In this document: positions 45,440 through 55,164 of the stretch, in pieces | Position numbering within the stretch: position 1 is the first letter of the stretch | Layout: every line of letters starts with the position of its first letter | NCBI GenBank assembly: GCA_964356375.1 | Contig: CAYHGT010000001.1 | Coordinates: 9,221 to 73,220, forward strand | Source: an uncultured Candidatus Saccharibacteria bacterium | GTDB taxonomy: Bacteria; Patescibacteriota; Minisyncoccia; UBA6257; GWB1-50-10 | Length of the DNA: 64,000 nt | Direction: 5' to 3' | Program-made: the position numbers and the translations under genes | The notes under the pieces: model-generated | The model's database searches: none | What the model was told of the DNA's origin: nothing | What the model saw: only the letters and a program-made list of their open reading frames with translations

Positions 45440-47301
45440 TGAAAAAAAGACACATACAAATTGAAGACATCCTAAGCGACAAAGGGGTTGAGGAAAATTT
45501 GCGCGAGGTACCAATACCGCGCGCCTCATTTTTCGGCCTCATTGTGGTCGCGAGTATTGTCATAGCGGTTGCCACTGCGCAACTTTTGAATCTCAATATT
45601 CTTAAAGGCGGTTTTTACACAGAGCGCGCGCTTGATAATGTAAGTGACACAAAGGTGAAAGTGGCTCCGCGCGGCGTGATTGAGGATAGATTTGGAAAGC
45701 CGATTGTTGAGAACGCGCCGTCGTTCAATATATTTTTGTATCCTAGGCTTTTACCACAAGATGTAACCGCAAGAGACACCGCTCTTAGAAAAGTAAGCGT
45801 CATAATGAATGTAAATTTTGACGGGCTGTTTCAAAAACTTGAGGAACGCGATTGGAGTTTGAGCGATAGAATCTTACTCACGAGTGATGTTTCGCAGGAT
45901 GCGCTTGTTGCATTAAGCGCGAAGGATGGGCTCGGAATTCGTATTGAGGAAGGATTTAAGCGCACCACGCCATACGCATTTTCACAGGTTGCTGGTTATA
46001 CGGGACTTGTTGGTAGGGACGACTTGGATGCAAATAAGGCGCTTGCACTTGATGATCAGATAGGACGAAGCGGACTTGAGGCATATTACGATACTTTTTT
46101 GCGTGGCGAGAACGGGAAGGACGTGACATTTAAGAGCGCTGGCGGGGAGGTGAAAGATGAACGCGTAGAAAAAGAATCAAAGGCAGGTAAAAATGTGCGT
46201 ACCTACATAGATAGCGAATTTCAAACCTATTTTTATAATCGTCTTGCGGACCAATTGAAATCTATAGGTCGCGACATAGGACTTGGTATCGCAATAGACC
46301 CAAGGAATGGAGAGATATTGGCACTCGTGAATGTTCCTGGATTTGATATTAACAATGTAGGTCAGGCACTTGTGGACGCGCGTAAACCACTCTTTAATCG
46401 CGTAATCAGTGGCGTTTACAGCCCAGGTTCCACAATTAAACCTCTTGTTGCAATAGCCGCGCTTACTGAAAAGTTAATTGATCCAAAGAAGCAAATTCTT
46501 TCAATTGGATATATTGAACTCCCGAATCCATATAATCCTGACAAGCCAAGCAGATTTCTTGATTGGAAACCACATGGCTGGGTTGATATGTATTCTGCGC
46601 TCGCGCGCTCAAGTGATGTATATTTCTACGCGGTTGGTGGCGGGTTTAAGGACCAGAAAGGACTCGGAATTTATAAATTAAAAGAATGGTGGGATATGTT
46701 CGGGCTTGCGCAAAAAACGAACATAGATCTTCCGGGCGAGAAGGTGGGATTTTTGCCCGATCCAGAATGGAAGCAGAAAAAAACAGGTCAACCATGGCGT
46801 ATTGGTGATACATACAATGTTTCAATTGGACAAGGGGACTTTATGATTACGCCGATTGAGCTCATTAATTACATTGCGGCAATCGCAAATGGCGGGACAT
46901 TTTATAAACCACGCGTGGTGGAATCAATTAGTGATACGAAGGGCAATGAAGTTTTGCGCACCTACCCAAGCACTCTCGCGGACATTCGCGAAAAAATTAA
47001 GGACGCAATTCCTGATGTCCAGCAGGGAATGCGGGACGCGGTTCGCAAGTCCTATGGTACGGCCAATCTACTTTCCACGCTTCCCGTAGAGGTGGCGGGC
47101 AAAACGGGTACTGCGCAGATTGAAAATAATACAAAAACGAACGCATTTTTCGTGGGGTACGAACCCTACGTAAATCCGCAAATAGCTGTGCTTGTGCTTA
47201 TTGAAAACTCTAAGGAAGGAGACTCAAATACGATTCCGGTAGCCAGGGACGTAATGCTGTGGTACTATAATAACCGCTTAAAGGAAGGCATAAAAAACTA
47301 A
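45439..47301 (+). CDS. mrdA: Penicillin-binding protein 2
   Basis: APRGVIEDR, PGSTIKP (SxxK), SSDVYFY, AGKTGTAQ. Confidence 0.95.
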   Translation: MKKRHIQIEDILSDKGVEENLREVPIPRASFFGLIVVASIVIAVATAQLLNLNILKGGFYTERALDNVSDTKVKVAPRGVIEDRFGKPIVENAPSFNIFLYPRLLPQDVTARDTALRKVSVIMNVNFDGLFQKLEERDWSLSDRILLTSDVSQDALVALSAKDGLGIRIEEGFKRTTPYAFSQVAGYTGLVGRDDLDANKALALDDQIGRSGLEAYYDTFLRGENGKDVTFKSAGGEVKDERVEKESKAGKNVRTYIDSEFQTYFYNRLADQLKSIGRDIGLGIAIDPRNGEILALVNVPGFDINNVGQALVDARKPLFNRVISGVYSPGSTIKPLVAIAALTEKLIDPKKQILSIGYIELPNPYNPDKPSRFLDWKPHGWVDMYSALARSSDVYFYAVGGGFKDQKGLGIYKLKEWWDMFGLAQKTNIDLPGEKVGFLPDPEWKQKKTGQPWRIGDTYNVSIGQGDFMITPIELINYIAAIANGGTFYKPRVVESISDTKGNEVLRTYPSTLADIREKIKDAIPDVQQGMRDAVRKSYGTANLLSTLPVEVAGKTGTAQIENNTKTNAFFVGYEPYVNPQIAVLVLIENSKEGDSNTIPVARDVMLWYYNNRLKEGIKN

Positions 47302-47303
47302 CT

Positions 47304-47777
47304 ATGATGGCATCACAAAACAAAAACTATCTCACAAAAGAGCGTCGCGACGAAATTGCGGCAGAAGTAACGAAGTTGAAAACCGAGGGGCGTAAAGCCG
47401 TTGCGGAGCGCTTAAAACAAGCAAAAGATTTGGGTGATTTGTCAGAAAATTCCGAATATCAGGAAGCACGTGAGGAACAATCACGCCTTGAGGCGCGCAT
47501 TAACGAGCTTGAAGATATTCTTCGCAATTCCGCCATATTCAAAAAAGAGAGTGGAGGAGGTGGAGTGGTGCGCATTGGTTCCGTGGTGAAGGTAAAAAAA
47601 GGAGCACATGTGACCGCATACACCATTGTGGGTTCAAACGAGGCAAAACCATTACAGGGGTTTGTCTCTAATGAATCTCCGATTGGAAAAGCGTTACTTG
47701 GCAAAAAGGCGGGCGACGCGGTGAGTGTGAATGCGCCGAGTGGCATCATAAAATACGATATTGTAGAGGTAGGATAA
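47304..47777 (+). CDS. greA: Transcription elongation factor GreA
   Basis: GDLSENSEYQEA, SNESPIGKALLG. Confidence 0.96.
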   Translation: MMASQNKNYLTKERRDEIAAEVTKLKTEGRKAVAERLKQAKDLGDLSENSEYQEAREEQSRLEARINELEDILRNSAIFKKESGGGGVVRIGSVVKVKKGAHVTAYTIVGSNEAKPLQGFVSNESPIGKALLGKKAGDAVSVNAPSGIIKYDIVEVG

Positions 47778-47785
47778 TTTTTACT

Positions 47786-49234
47786 ATGTTAGACGAAATA
47801 CTTGAGGAACGCCGTAAAAAACTCGAGAAATATAAAGAGACCGCAAATCCATATCCGGCAGAAACGCGACGCGATATGTCGCTTTCTGATTTATCGGAGC
47901 GCTTCGTAGAACTTGAAAAGAAGGGGGGTGCACTTCAAATTGTAGGGCGTGTGAGCGCGTGGCGTGACCAGGGTAAGATTATTTTTTTAAATATTAAAGA
48001 TGAGCGTGGAAAGTTTCAGATTGTACTGAATGAAACGGAGTGTAGGGATTTTTCTCGCGCGCAAGACACGACAGATATCGGTGATTTTGTGGAAGCTTCC
48101 GGAATGCTCTTTACAACAAAGCGCGGTGAACAGAGTTTGCTCGCAAAGAATCTTCGTATCATCGCAAAAAATTTGCGACCATTGCCGTCCGAGTGGTACG
48201 GCATTGAGGACGTTGAGCTCAAATTGCGAAAGCGCTATCTGGATTTGGCATTGAATCCAGAAGTTCGCGAAATGTTTGTGAAGAAAGACATTTTTTGGAG
48301 CACCATCCGTGAGTTTTTGAAAAAAGAACAGTTTCATGAGGTAGAAACATCAGTGTTGGAATCGGTCCCAGGGGGTGCGGAGGCGGAGCCGTTTGTCACG
48401 CATCACAATGCGCTTGACCAGGATTTTTATCTTCGCATCTCGCTTGAGCTCCCATTGAAGCGCCTTCTCGTGGGTGGATTTGAAAAGGTATTTGAGATTG
48501 GTCGCATTTTTAGAAATGAGGGAATAGATCGCGAACATTTACAGGATTACACACAGATGGAATGTTACTCGGCGTACTGGAATTATGATGACATGATGAA
48601 GCTTACGCGTGAGATGTATCAGGCAACTGTTAAGAATATGTTCGGAACTCTTACGACGCACAGGGGTGATTTTGACATTGAGTGGGGTGGCGAGTGGCCG
48701 AAGGTTGATTATTATGAAGCATTTAAGCGCGAGGCGGGAATAGATTTAACTGACGCAACTGTAGATGATTTGAAAAAGAAAGCAAAGGAGCTTGGTATTA
48801 AACTTGAGCCGAAGCTTGGACGCGGGCGTCTTATTGATCTCATATACAAAAAAACAGTGCGTCCATTATTATTACAGCCGTGCTTTTTGGTGAATCCTCC
48901 AGCAGATATTGAGCCACTCGCAAAGCGGTTGGTAAATGACACGCACCGTGTGGCGCGTTTCCAGATAATCGCAGGAGGTACAGAGCTTGGAAAAGGATTT
49001 TCCGAATTGAATGACCCGATTGACCAGCGTGAACGATTTGAAGAACAGATGCAGTTGCGCGAGACGGGTGATCAAGAAGCGCAGATGATTGATGAGGACT
49101 TTGTGGAGGCGCTTGAATACGGTATGCCACCAGCGGCTGGGTTTGGCATGTCAGAGCGTCTTTTCGCGGTCTTAATGGATAAACCCGTCCGCGAAACGGT
49201 AATCTTTCCGCTTATGCGTAAGGAGGAAAAATAA
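47786..49234 (+). CDS. lysS: Lysine--tRNA ligase (class II)
   Basis: GGAEAEPFVTHH, LRISLEL, FRNEGID, YGMPPAAGFGM. Confidence 0.97.
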   Translation: MLDEILEERRKKLEKYKETANPYPAETRRDMSLSDLSERFVELEKKGGALQIVGRVSAWRDQGKIIFLNIKDERGKFQIVLNETECRDFSRAQDTTDIGDFVEASGMLFTTKRGEQSLLAKNLRIIAKNLRPLPSEWYGIEDVELKLRKRYLDLALNPEVREMFVKKDIFWSTIREFLKKEQFHEVETSVLESVPGGAEAEPFVTHHNALDQDFYLRISLELPLKRLLVGGFEKVFEIGRIFRNEGIDREHLQDYTQMECYSAYWNYDDMMKLTREMYQATVKNMFGTLTTHRGDFDIEWGGEWPKVDYYEAFKREAGIDLTDATVDDLKKKAKELGIKLEPKLGRGRLIDLIYKKTVRPLLLQPCFLVNPPADIEPLAKRLVNDTHRVARFQIIAGGTELGKGFSELNDPIDQRERFEEQMQLRETGDQEAQMIDEDFVEALEYGMPPAAGFGMSERLFAVLMDKPVRETVIFPLMRKEEK

Positions 49235-49246
49235 TAAAACAAAATT

Positions 49247-50503
49247 ATGCTGGATATTACATTTATTAGAGAAAACGCGGAAAAGGTTAAAACGGGAATG
49301 GAGAGCAAGCATCAAGACCCCAAAATAGTAGATAAATTTTTGCGTCTTGATGAGGAGTGGCGCGCAAAGACAACCGCATATGACCAGCTGAAGGCCGAAC
49401 AAAATATATTAAGCAAGGAGCTTTCCGCGGGACAGAGCGAGAATCTTTTGAGCAAGGCGCAATTTTTGAAAAAACGTCTTGGGGACATTGAGACCGAACA
49501 GAACGATTTAAAGAAATTGCGTGATGATTTATTGTCACGCATTCCGAACATCCCGTTTGAGGATGTGACGATTGGCAAGGATGAGAGTGAAAACAAGGTG
49601 CTTCGCGAAGTGGGAACAAAGCCCGAGTTTGATTTTGCGCCGAAGGATTATTTGACGCTCGGTGAGAAGCTTGGACTTATTGATGTGAAACGCGCGTCCG
49701 AAGTTTCGGGAAGCCGGTTCGGATATATTTTGCGTGATGCCGCACTTTTAGAATTCGCACTTATTCAGCTCGCATTTGATACATTAACCAAAAAAGGATT
49801 TATTCCAGCCGTCCCGCCCGTAATGATTAAGCCGAAAGTATACGAGGGTATGGGGCGTTTGGCTGCAGACCAGAAAGATGAGCGATATTATTTTGAAAAA
49901 GATGACGTGTATCTCGTAGGAAGTTCGGAACATACGATGGGTCCGATACATATGAATGATGTGTTTGAGGAGGAAGCGCTTCCAAAACGATATGTGGCGT
50001 TCTCAACGTGCTTCAGGCGCGAAGCGGGTTCCTATGGAAAAGACACAAAAGGCATTTTGCGCGTACACCAGTTTGATAAGGTTGAGATGTTCTCGTTCGC
50101 ACATCCCGAACATTCCGAAGAGGAGCACAAGTTTTTGCTCTCGTGTCAGGAAGAATTAATGCAGAAGCTTGAGATTCCGTATCGCGTAGTAGAAATCTGC
50201 ACGGGTGATATGGGTTGGACGGACGCCCGCCAATTTGATGTGGAGACGTGGTTCCCCGGACAGGGAAGTTATCGTGAGACAAACTCATGCTCAAATACGA
50301 CCGATTTCCAATCGCGCGGAATGAATATTAAGTACAAAACAAAAGACGGCAATAAGAAACTTATCCATATGTTGAACGCCACGGGCTTTGCAATCGGCCG
50401 TGTGTTAATCGGAATCATTGAGAACGGCCAGACAAAAGAAGGGAATATTAGAGTTCCAAAAGTGCTTCAGGCGTATGTGGGAAAGGAAGTAATAGGAGAA
50501 TAA
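49247..50503 (+). CDS. serS: Serine--tRNA ligase
   Basis: CFRREAGSYGKDTKGILRVHQFDKVE, SCSNTTDFQSR. Confidence 0.98.
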   Translation: MLDITFIRENAEKVKTGMESKHQDPKIVDKFLRLDEEWRAKTTAYDQLKAEQNILSKELSAGQSENLLSKAQFLKKRLGDIETEQNDLKKLRDDLLSRIPNIPFEDVTIGKDESENKVLREVGTKPEFDFAPKDYLTLGEKLGLIDVKRASEVSGSRFGYILRDAALLEFALIQLAFDTLTKKGFIPAVPPVMIKPKVYEGMGRLAADQKDERYYFEKDDVYLVGSSEHTMGPIHMNDVFEEEALPKRYVAFSTCFRREAGSYGKDTKGILRVHQFDKVEMFSFAHPEHSEEEHKFLLSCQEELMQKLEIPYRVVEICTGDMGWTDARQFDVETWFPGQGSYRETNSCSNTTDFQSRGMNIKYKTKDGNKKLIHMLNATGFAIGRVLIGIIENGQTKEGNIRVPKVLQAYVGKEVIGE

Positions 50504-50639
50504 TTGGAAATAAAAACTTCGCGAAACGCGGAGTTTTTTGTTTGACTTTCTAATAGGGTTATTGTAAAACAATTAAGTTATCAAATGCGATAACCTCTGT
50601 GGCACTTCTGTTACAGACCAGTCCTTTGAAAGGGGAAAT

Positions 50640-50912
50640 ATGCTATTTGTGCAATCTATTGCTTTGGTTTTGATTGTTGTCGCGGGAGTGGCTGGTGTTT
50701 TAGGGGCGGCCTCCATCTCCACGCTTGGACGTCGAAAGAGTTTCTGTTTTCTAGTGGGAACACTCATCTTCGTAACAACTGTTGTTGTTGCCAATGTGCC
50801 CATTAAGCCGGGAATTGTTAGGCTGAATCTGTCCGACGTTGTCTTTTACGTAGCTTGGACTTCGTGGGGGTTAGTATGGTTTAAGCGCGCAACATGGAAT
50901 GCACCAGAGTAA
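50640..50912 (+). CDS. Small membrane hypothetical protein
   Basis: About 3 hydrophobic segments, purine-rich SD, downstream hairpin. Confidence 0.5.
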   Translation: MLFVQSIALVLIVVAGVAGVLGAASISTLGRRKSFCFLVGTLIFVTTVVVANVPIKPGIVRLNLSDVVFYVAWTSWGLVWFKRATWNAPE

Positions 50913-50993
50913 CACTCAATATATCCGAGCTCCACACCAATGGGGCTCTTTTATTACAACGATGTGCACAAATCTTGTGCTACAATATGAATA

Positions 50994-51644
50994 ATGGAGT
51001 TTATTAAGAAAGTACTTTGGGCGGGAATTACTATCGCAATTATTTATTTCGGTTATCTTGCGTACATTAATTGGTGGAGTGCTGGTGGTTCGTTTGACCA
51101 AAAAAAACAAGCGGCGGAACAGTATGTCGCGCAAAAAAAAGACGAGGTAGCGAAACAAGTAGGTGCAAAAGCACAAGAATATACGGGTGTGGTAGTTCAG
51201 CAAGCAAAAACCGGCGTACTTGATTATGTAAAGCAAAAAATCTCGGACGGGCTCGCAAATGTGGGCGAGGGTCTTATTCATTCGGCGGAGTCATTGCTCG
51301 GCGCAAGTTCAACCGAAATTTTGCGTCCCGTGACCGTAGCGACTGTTGCGGGGAATAATGCGGGTAGTGTATCCAAGCCCACGGGTTCGGGATTCATAAC
51401 ACCCGCACCGCCCGCAACCATTACGACTAAGGTGGGTGCGCCAATTATATTCTCAATAAATCGTGGCACCACGTATTCAATTGATTGGGGAGATAAGACG
51501 AGCGACAAGGGGAGTGTGGATGTTGAATCGGTAAAGCTTGTAAGTCATGCGTGGGCGAACGGAGGCGACTTCAGTATAAAAATATCTGTGCGAGGCGGTG
51601 GCGTATCACAGGATTACACATTCCCAATTCGCGTATACCCATAA
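50994..51644 (+). CDS. Membrane-anchored protein with a C-terminal PKD-like domain
   Basis: N-terminal TM; YSIDWGDK...VSHAWANGGDFSIKISV. Confidence 0.7.
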   Translation: MEFIKKVLWAGITIAIIYFGYLAYINWWSAGGSFDQKKQAAEQYVAQKKDEVAKQVGAKAQEYTGVVVQQAKTGVLDYVKQKISDGLANVGEGLIHSAESLLGASSTEILRPVTVATVAGNNAGSVSKPTGSGFITPAPPATITTKVGAPIIFSINRGTTYSIDWGDKTSDKGSVDVESVKLVSHAWANGGDFSIKISVRGGGVSQDYTFPIRVYP

Positions 51645-51650
51645 TCTTCC

Positions 51651-52451
51651 ATGGCTTCATATTCCGATACAAATGAAATAACGACCCCTTCACGGCGTAG
51701 GATGCGCAGGCGACACGTAATTATATTTTGGTCTACAGCCATTGCGTCAGCCATTTTAATCGGTGGAATTATTTATCTTATTTATTTTTCAAGCATAATT
51801 AAAGTGAAACAATTCTCAATTCAGGGTAACCGCGTGGCGGGGAGTGAGGATTTGCAACAATTGCTTATTAAAAAACTTGATACGCGCGGATGGTTTAGAC
51901 GAGCATTTGGCAGCAGTAATATATTATACTGGGTGGGCGCAGGAGAGGTACGCGATTCAGGAATTCCCGCCGCAAGCGCTATCGTGGTTCACGTAAATAT
52001 TTTGAGTCGCGCGGTATCGGTGGAAATTAAAGAAAGAGAATTTGTGGGTATTTGGTGTGCAAAAACCTGCGTAGGATTTGATTCCGATGGCATCGCGTAT
52101 TTTTTGGCGCCAGACGTTGAGGGCTCACTACTTCTAAAGGTGTTAGACGAGAATGAAAACGAGTTGACACTTGGCAATCCGGTCTTTCCTGACGCTACGG
52201 CGCTCAAAAATATATTTTTGAGTATTGCAATTATAAAGGAAGACGGTATCCCGATTGATAAAGTGATTATTAGGGATATGACACTTCGCGAATGGGAATT
52301 ACAAAGTACGAAAGGTACGGTATTTAAGTTCAGCCTGGATTTTGTTCCTGAAAAACTGAAGAGTGTTCTAAACAATCTAAAAGAAAGAACAAAACCTGAG
52401 GATTTAAGCTATGTGGATTTGCGCGTGCAAAACAGAGTGTATTTCAAGTAA
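51651..52451 (+). CDS. Cell division protein FtsQ/DivIB-like
   Basis: Basic N-terminus, TM, POTRA-like VKQFSIQGN, VEIKERE, C-terminal YVDLRVQNRVYFK. Confidence 0.8.
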   Translation: MASYSDTNEITTPSRRRMRRRHVIIFWSTAIASAILIGGIIYLIYFSSIIKVKQFSIQGNRVAGSEDLQQLLIKKLDTRGWFRRAFGSSNILYWVGAGEVRDSGIPAASAIVVHVNILSRAVSVEIKEREFVGIWCAKTCVGFDSDGIAYFLAPDVEGSLLLKVLDENENELTLGNPVFPDATALKNIFLSIAIIKEDGIPIDKVIIRDMTLREWELQSTKGTVFKFSLDFVPEKLKSVLNNLKERTKPEDLSYVDLRVQNRVYFK

Positions 52452-52467
52452 TTATGACCGATATGAT

Positions 52468-53307
52468 ATGATTAGTATATTGAGGTGGTTTAGAACACAT
52501 ATTAAGGAAGAAAGAAGCGGTTTTACGCTTATTGAACTTCTGCTTTACGCGGTTATTTTTGCGATAAGTTCTGTATTCCTAGTAAATATTTTGACGACCA
52601 TAACGCAAACCGAGGTCCGGCAGAACTCAATTAACGGCGTGAGTCAGCAGGTTTCGTTTGTGGCGGATACCGTGCAGCGCCTTGTGCGTCAAGCAAGTTT
52701 GATTGAAAATCCAGCGGGAGTTGCGAGTACTACTTTAGCGCTTCGCATGACTGCAACCTCTACGGATAAGACAACGATATATACTGATGCATCATCAACT
52801 GGAATATTCTTGAAACAAGTTGATATAAATGGAGTTGCGACCACAATTCCGCTTACGGACAGCAACGTGACGGTCGGCAATTTTACCATAACAAAGTTTG
52901 AAACTGCAGGCGGGCCGGCAATTGTGCAGGTTGACCTTACATTGAATTACAACACGACCATTGAAAGAGCAAAAATCGCGCGCTCATGGCATGGAGCTAT
53001 TACACGTATTTCCGCAGCGACGTTTGATTCCAATCTCGTCCCTAATTCATCAAACTCTTATGACTTGGGCGGTTCGGGTTCTACATGGAAAGATGGATAT
53101 TTTGCGGGTAATGCGTATATCACTGGAAAACTGGGAGTTGCGGGTGCATCGCTTGCTGGCACACTTTCCGCGATTAAATCCGCGGGTGATGTGGGATTTT
53201 CGTCTTCATCCTACGGCGTTGTGCTTGTATCGCCAAATACCACGTGTTATCGCTTGGGTGTGAGCAATGCGGGTCTCATTACCACAACTACGGTAACCTG
53301 TCCGTAA
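52468..53307 (+). CDS. Orphan PilW-like pilin with a fibre-like C-terminus
   Basis: SG|FTLIELLLYAVIF; C-terminal LVPNSSNSYDLGGSGSTW and LVSPNTTCYRLGVSNAG. Confidence 0.8.
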   Translation: MISILRWFRTHIKEERSGFTLIELLLYAVIFAISSVFLVNILTTITQTEVRQNSINGVSQQVSFVADTVQRLVRQASLIENPAGVASTTLALRMTATSTDKTTIYTDASSTGIFLKQVDINGVATTIPLTDSNVTVGNFTITKFETAGGPAIVQVDLTLNYNTTIERAKIARSWHGAITRISAATFDSNLVPNSSNSYDLGGSGSTWKDGYFAGNAYITGKLGVAGASLAGTLSAIKSAGDVGFSSSSYGVVLVSPNTTCYRLGVSNAGLITTTTVTCP

Positions 53308-53320
53308 TTTTCTAGGAATT

Positions 53321-53354
53321 TTATCTCCCTCCGGGAGATGTCCCGTAGGGACAT
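53321..53354 (-). repeat. Double-hairpin element TGTCCCTACGGGACATCTCCCGGAGGGAGATAA
   Basis: Reverse complement nearly identical to 41410-41442. Confidence 0.8.
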
Positions 53355-53391
53355 ATATAAAAATACCCCCGCATGAGCGGGGGATTGATGG

Positions 53392-53778
53392 CTACGAGCG
53401 TTTGTGTCCCCATTCTATGACTTTTATAAGAATAAAAGTGCCAATGGAGGTTAGAGCTCCGTTCACAAATACGACCTTCCATCCGAGTGGGAATACAATG
53501 GACAAAATCGCAATGAATGTGCCATAACAAAGACTAAGAAAGGGCGCGAGAATTGGCACGACCCAATCTTGGTGTGGTTCGCAATATTCGTCATAGAAAG
53601 CATAGAAACATTCCAAAAGATACAGCGCAAATAACGCAGTAAGAACACAACCCGTGAGTGCGGTGGCTTGGCTTACACCATGGGCGCTGATAGAAAACAG
53701 CCAGCATGTAGCTGAAAGGAAGGGGATTGGGATTAAATAACCCATTCTTCCGTTTTGCATAATGCTTAGTGATTGCAT
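53392..53778 (-). CDS. Hypothetical membrane protein
   Basis: Four hydrophobic segments; SD AAGGAGG. Confidence 0.6.
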   Translation of the reverse strand: MQSLSIMQNGRMGYLIPIPFLSATCWLFSISAHGVSQATALTGCVLTALFALYLLECFYAFYDEYCEPHQDWVVPILAPFLSLCYGTFIAILSIVFPLGWKVVFVNGALTSIGTFILIKVIEWGHKRS

Positions 53779-53888
53779 AAATGCCTCCTTGGGGGATATG
53801 CGTCGTTTTTGACGCTGGTTTTTGATTGGTAAAGAACGTAATCATTATATCATTACTAAACAATAGTGTCAACACCATTTAAGCATTT

Positions 53889-53924
53889 TTAGCACTTGAC
53901 TAGGGTGAGTGCTAATCCTATACT
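53889..53924 (+). promoter_or_regulatory. CIRCE operator overlapping the sigma70 promoter of hrcA
   Basis: TTAGCACTT-N9-GAGTGCTAA (53889-53915); -35 TTGACT at 53896, 17-bp spacer, -10 TATACT at 53919. Confidence 0.92.
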
Positions 53925-53932
53925 TCAATCTG

Positions 53933-54643
53933 ATGAAAGATCGGACGCGAGAGATTCTTGAGATTGCGGTTAAGGATTTCATACGACTCGGGAAGCCAAT
54001 CACCTCCGAGTATCTTTATGAACTTCATGATTTTGGCATTAAGCCTGCGATGATTCGCTGGGAGTTAAACGACCTTTCTGAAAACGGATTTTTTTTCCAG
54101 ACACACCCATCGGGTGGGCGATTTCCAACAAACAAAGCATATCGGTTTTTTGTAAACGAGCTTTTGGCGAATGAGAGCGTGGAGTCCCAAGCAGACACTG
54201 ATGTGACAAATAGCTTTTCTGACCAAGACACTAAAGAAATTGTGCACGGAATGTCCGAGTATTTAAATGGGTTGAGTGTTGGATACGACCTCGCATCCTC
54301 GGCGATATATGGAAGCGGTCTCAGAGATCTCCTCTCTCATTTAGAAACAAGCGCTAAGGAAGAAATTGTTGACGTGGTAAGAGATTTTGAAATGTTGGAA
54401 GAACGATTACTTAAAAAGCGAGATTGGTGGGAGGGAGAGGGTTTGTGGCCACGCGTTTTTATAGGAGAGAGTCCGGTAACGAAAAGTGAACATTTGTCTG
54501 TTGTGGTGGGAAGATATTTTTGCGATGGAAGAGATGTGCTTCTTTTCTCAATTGGACCAAAGAGAATGGACTATCAAAAATCAGTAAATCTTTTTAAAGC
54601 ACTGACAAAGTCGAAGGCAACAAAACAGAAGAAACACATATAA
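53933..54643 (+). CDS. hrcA: Heat-inducible transcription repressor HrcA (short form)
   Basis: ILEIAVKDFIRLGKPITS, PAMIRWEL, QTHPSGGRFPTNKAYRFFV, IGPKRMDY; ATG 8 nt after the -10 (near leaderless). Confidence 0.92.
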   Translation: MKDRTREILEIAVKDFIRLGKPITSEYLYELHDFGIKPAMIRWELNDLSENGFFFQTHPSGGRFPTNKAYRFFVNELLANESVESQADTDVTNSFSDQDTKEIVHGMSEYLNGLSVGYDLASSAIYGSGLRDLLSHLETSAKEEIVDVVRDFEMLEERLLKKRDWWEGEGLWPRVFIGESPVTKSEHLSVVVGRYFCDGRDVLLFSIGPKRMDYQKSVNLFKALTKSKATKQKKHI

Positions 54644-54645
54644 CC

Positions 54646-55146
54646 ATGGATGAAGAAATAAAAAAAGAAGAGGCGGGAGAGACAGAAATGGAGCAATTCA
54701 AAAAGGAGCGGGATGAGTATTTGGACGGATGGAAGAGAGCAAAAGCGGACCTTATCAATTTTAAAAAAGATGAAGCGGAGCGACTCACTGGATTCTTGAA
54801 GAGTGGGAACGAGAGTATTATTCGCGATTTGCTTGCAGTATTGGATAGTTTCACGCTTGGTATTATAGCGACTGAAAAGGAAAGCCCGGAGGCGATGAAG
54901 GGAATGGTGCTCATTAAGACCCAGCTTGAGGATACGCTCAGAAGACACGGACTTGAAAGTATATTGGTGGTGAAGGGCGAGATGTTTGACCCCGCAAAAC
55001 ACGAAGCAATCGGGGAGATACATTCGGAATATCCTGACGGCGCAGTAGCGGAAGAGGTAGAGAGTGGGTATACGCTTTATGACAAAGTAATACGGGCAGT
55101 AAAGGTCAGGGTTTCAAAAGGCAAGGATAGCGTTGAAAACAAATAA
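54646..55146 (+). CDS. grpE: Nucleotide exchange factor GrpE
   Basis: RAKADLINFKK, FDPAKHEAI, GYTLYDKVIRAVKVRV. Confidence 0.95.
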   Translation: MDEEIKKEEAGETEMEQFKKERDEYLDGWKRAKADLINFKKDEAERLTGFLKSGNESIIRDLLAVLDSFTLGIIATEKESPEAMKGMVLIKTQLEDTLRRHGLESILVVKGEMFDPAKHEAIGEIHSEYPDGAVAEEVESGYTLYDKVIRAVKVRVSKGKDSVENK

Positions 55147-55164
55147 TTAAACAAATATAAATAT

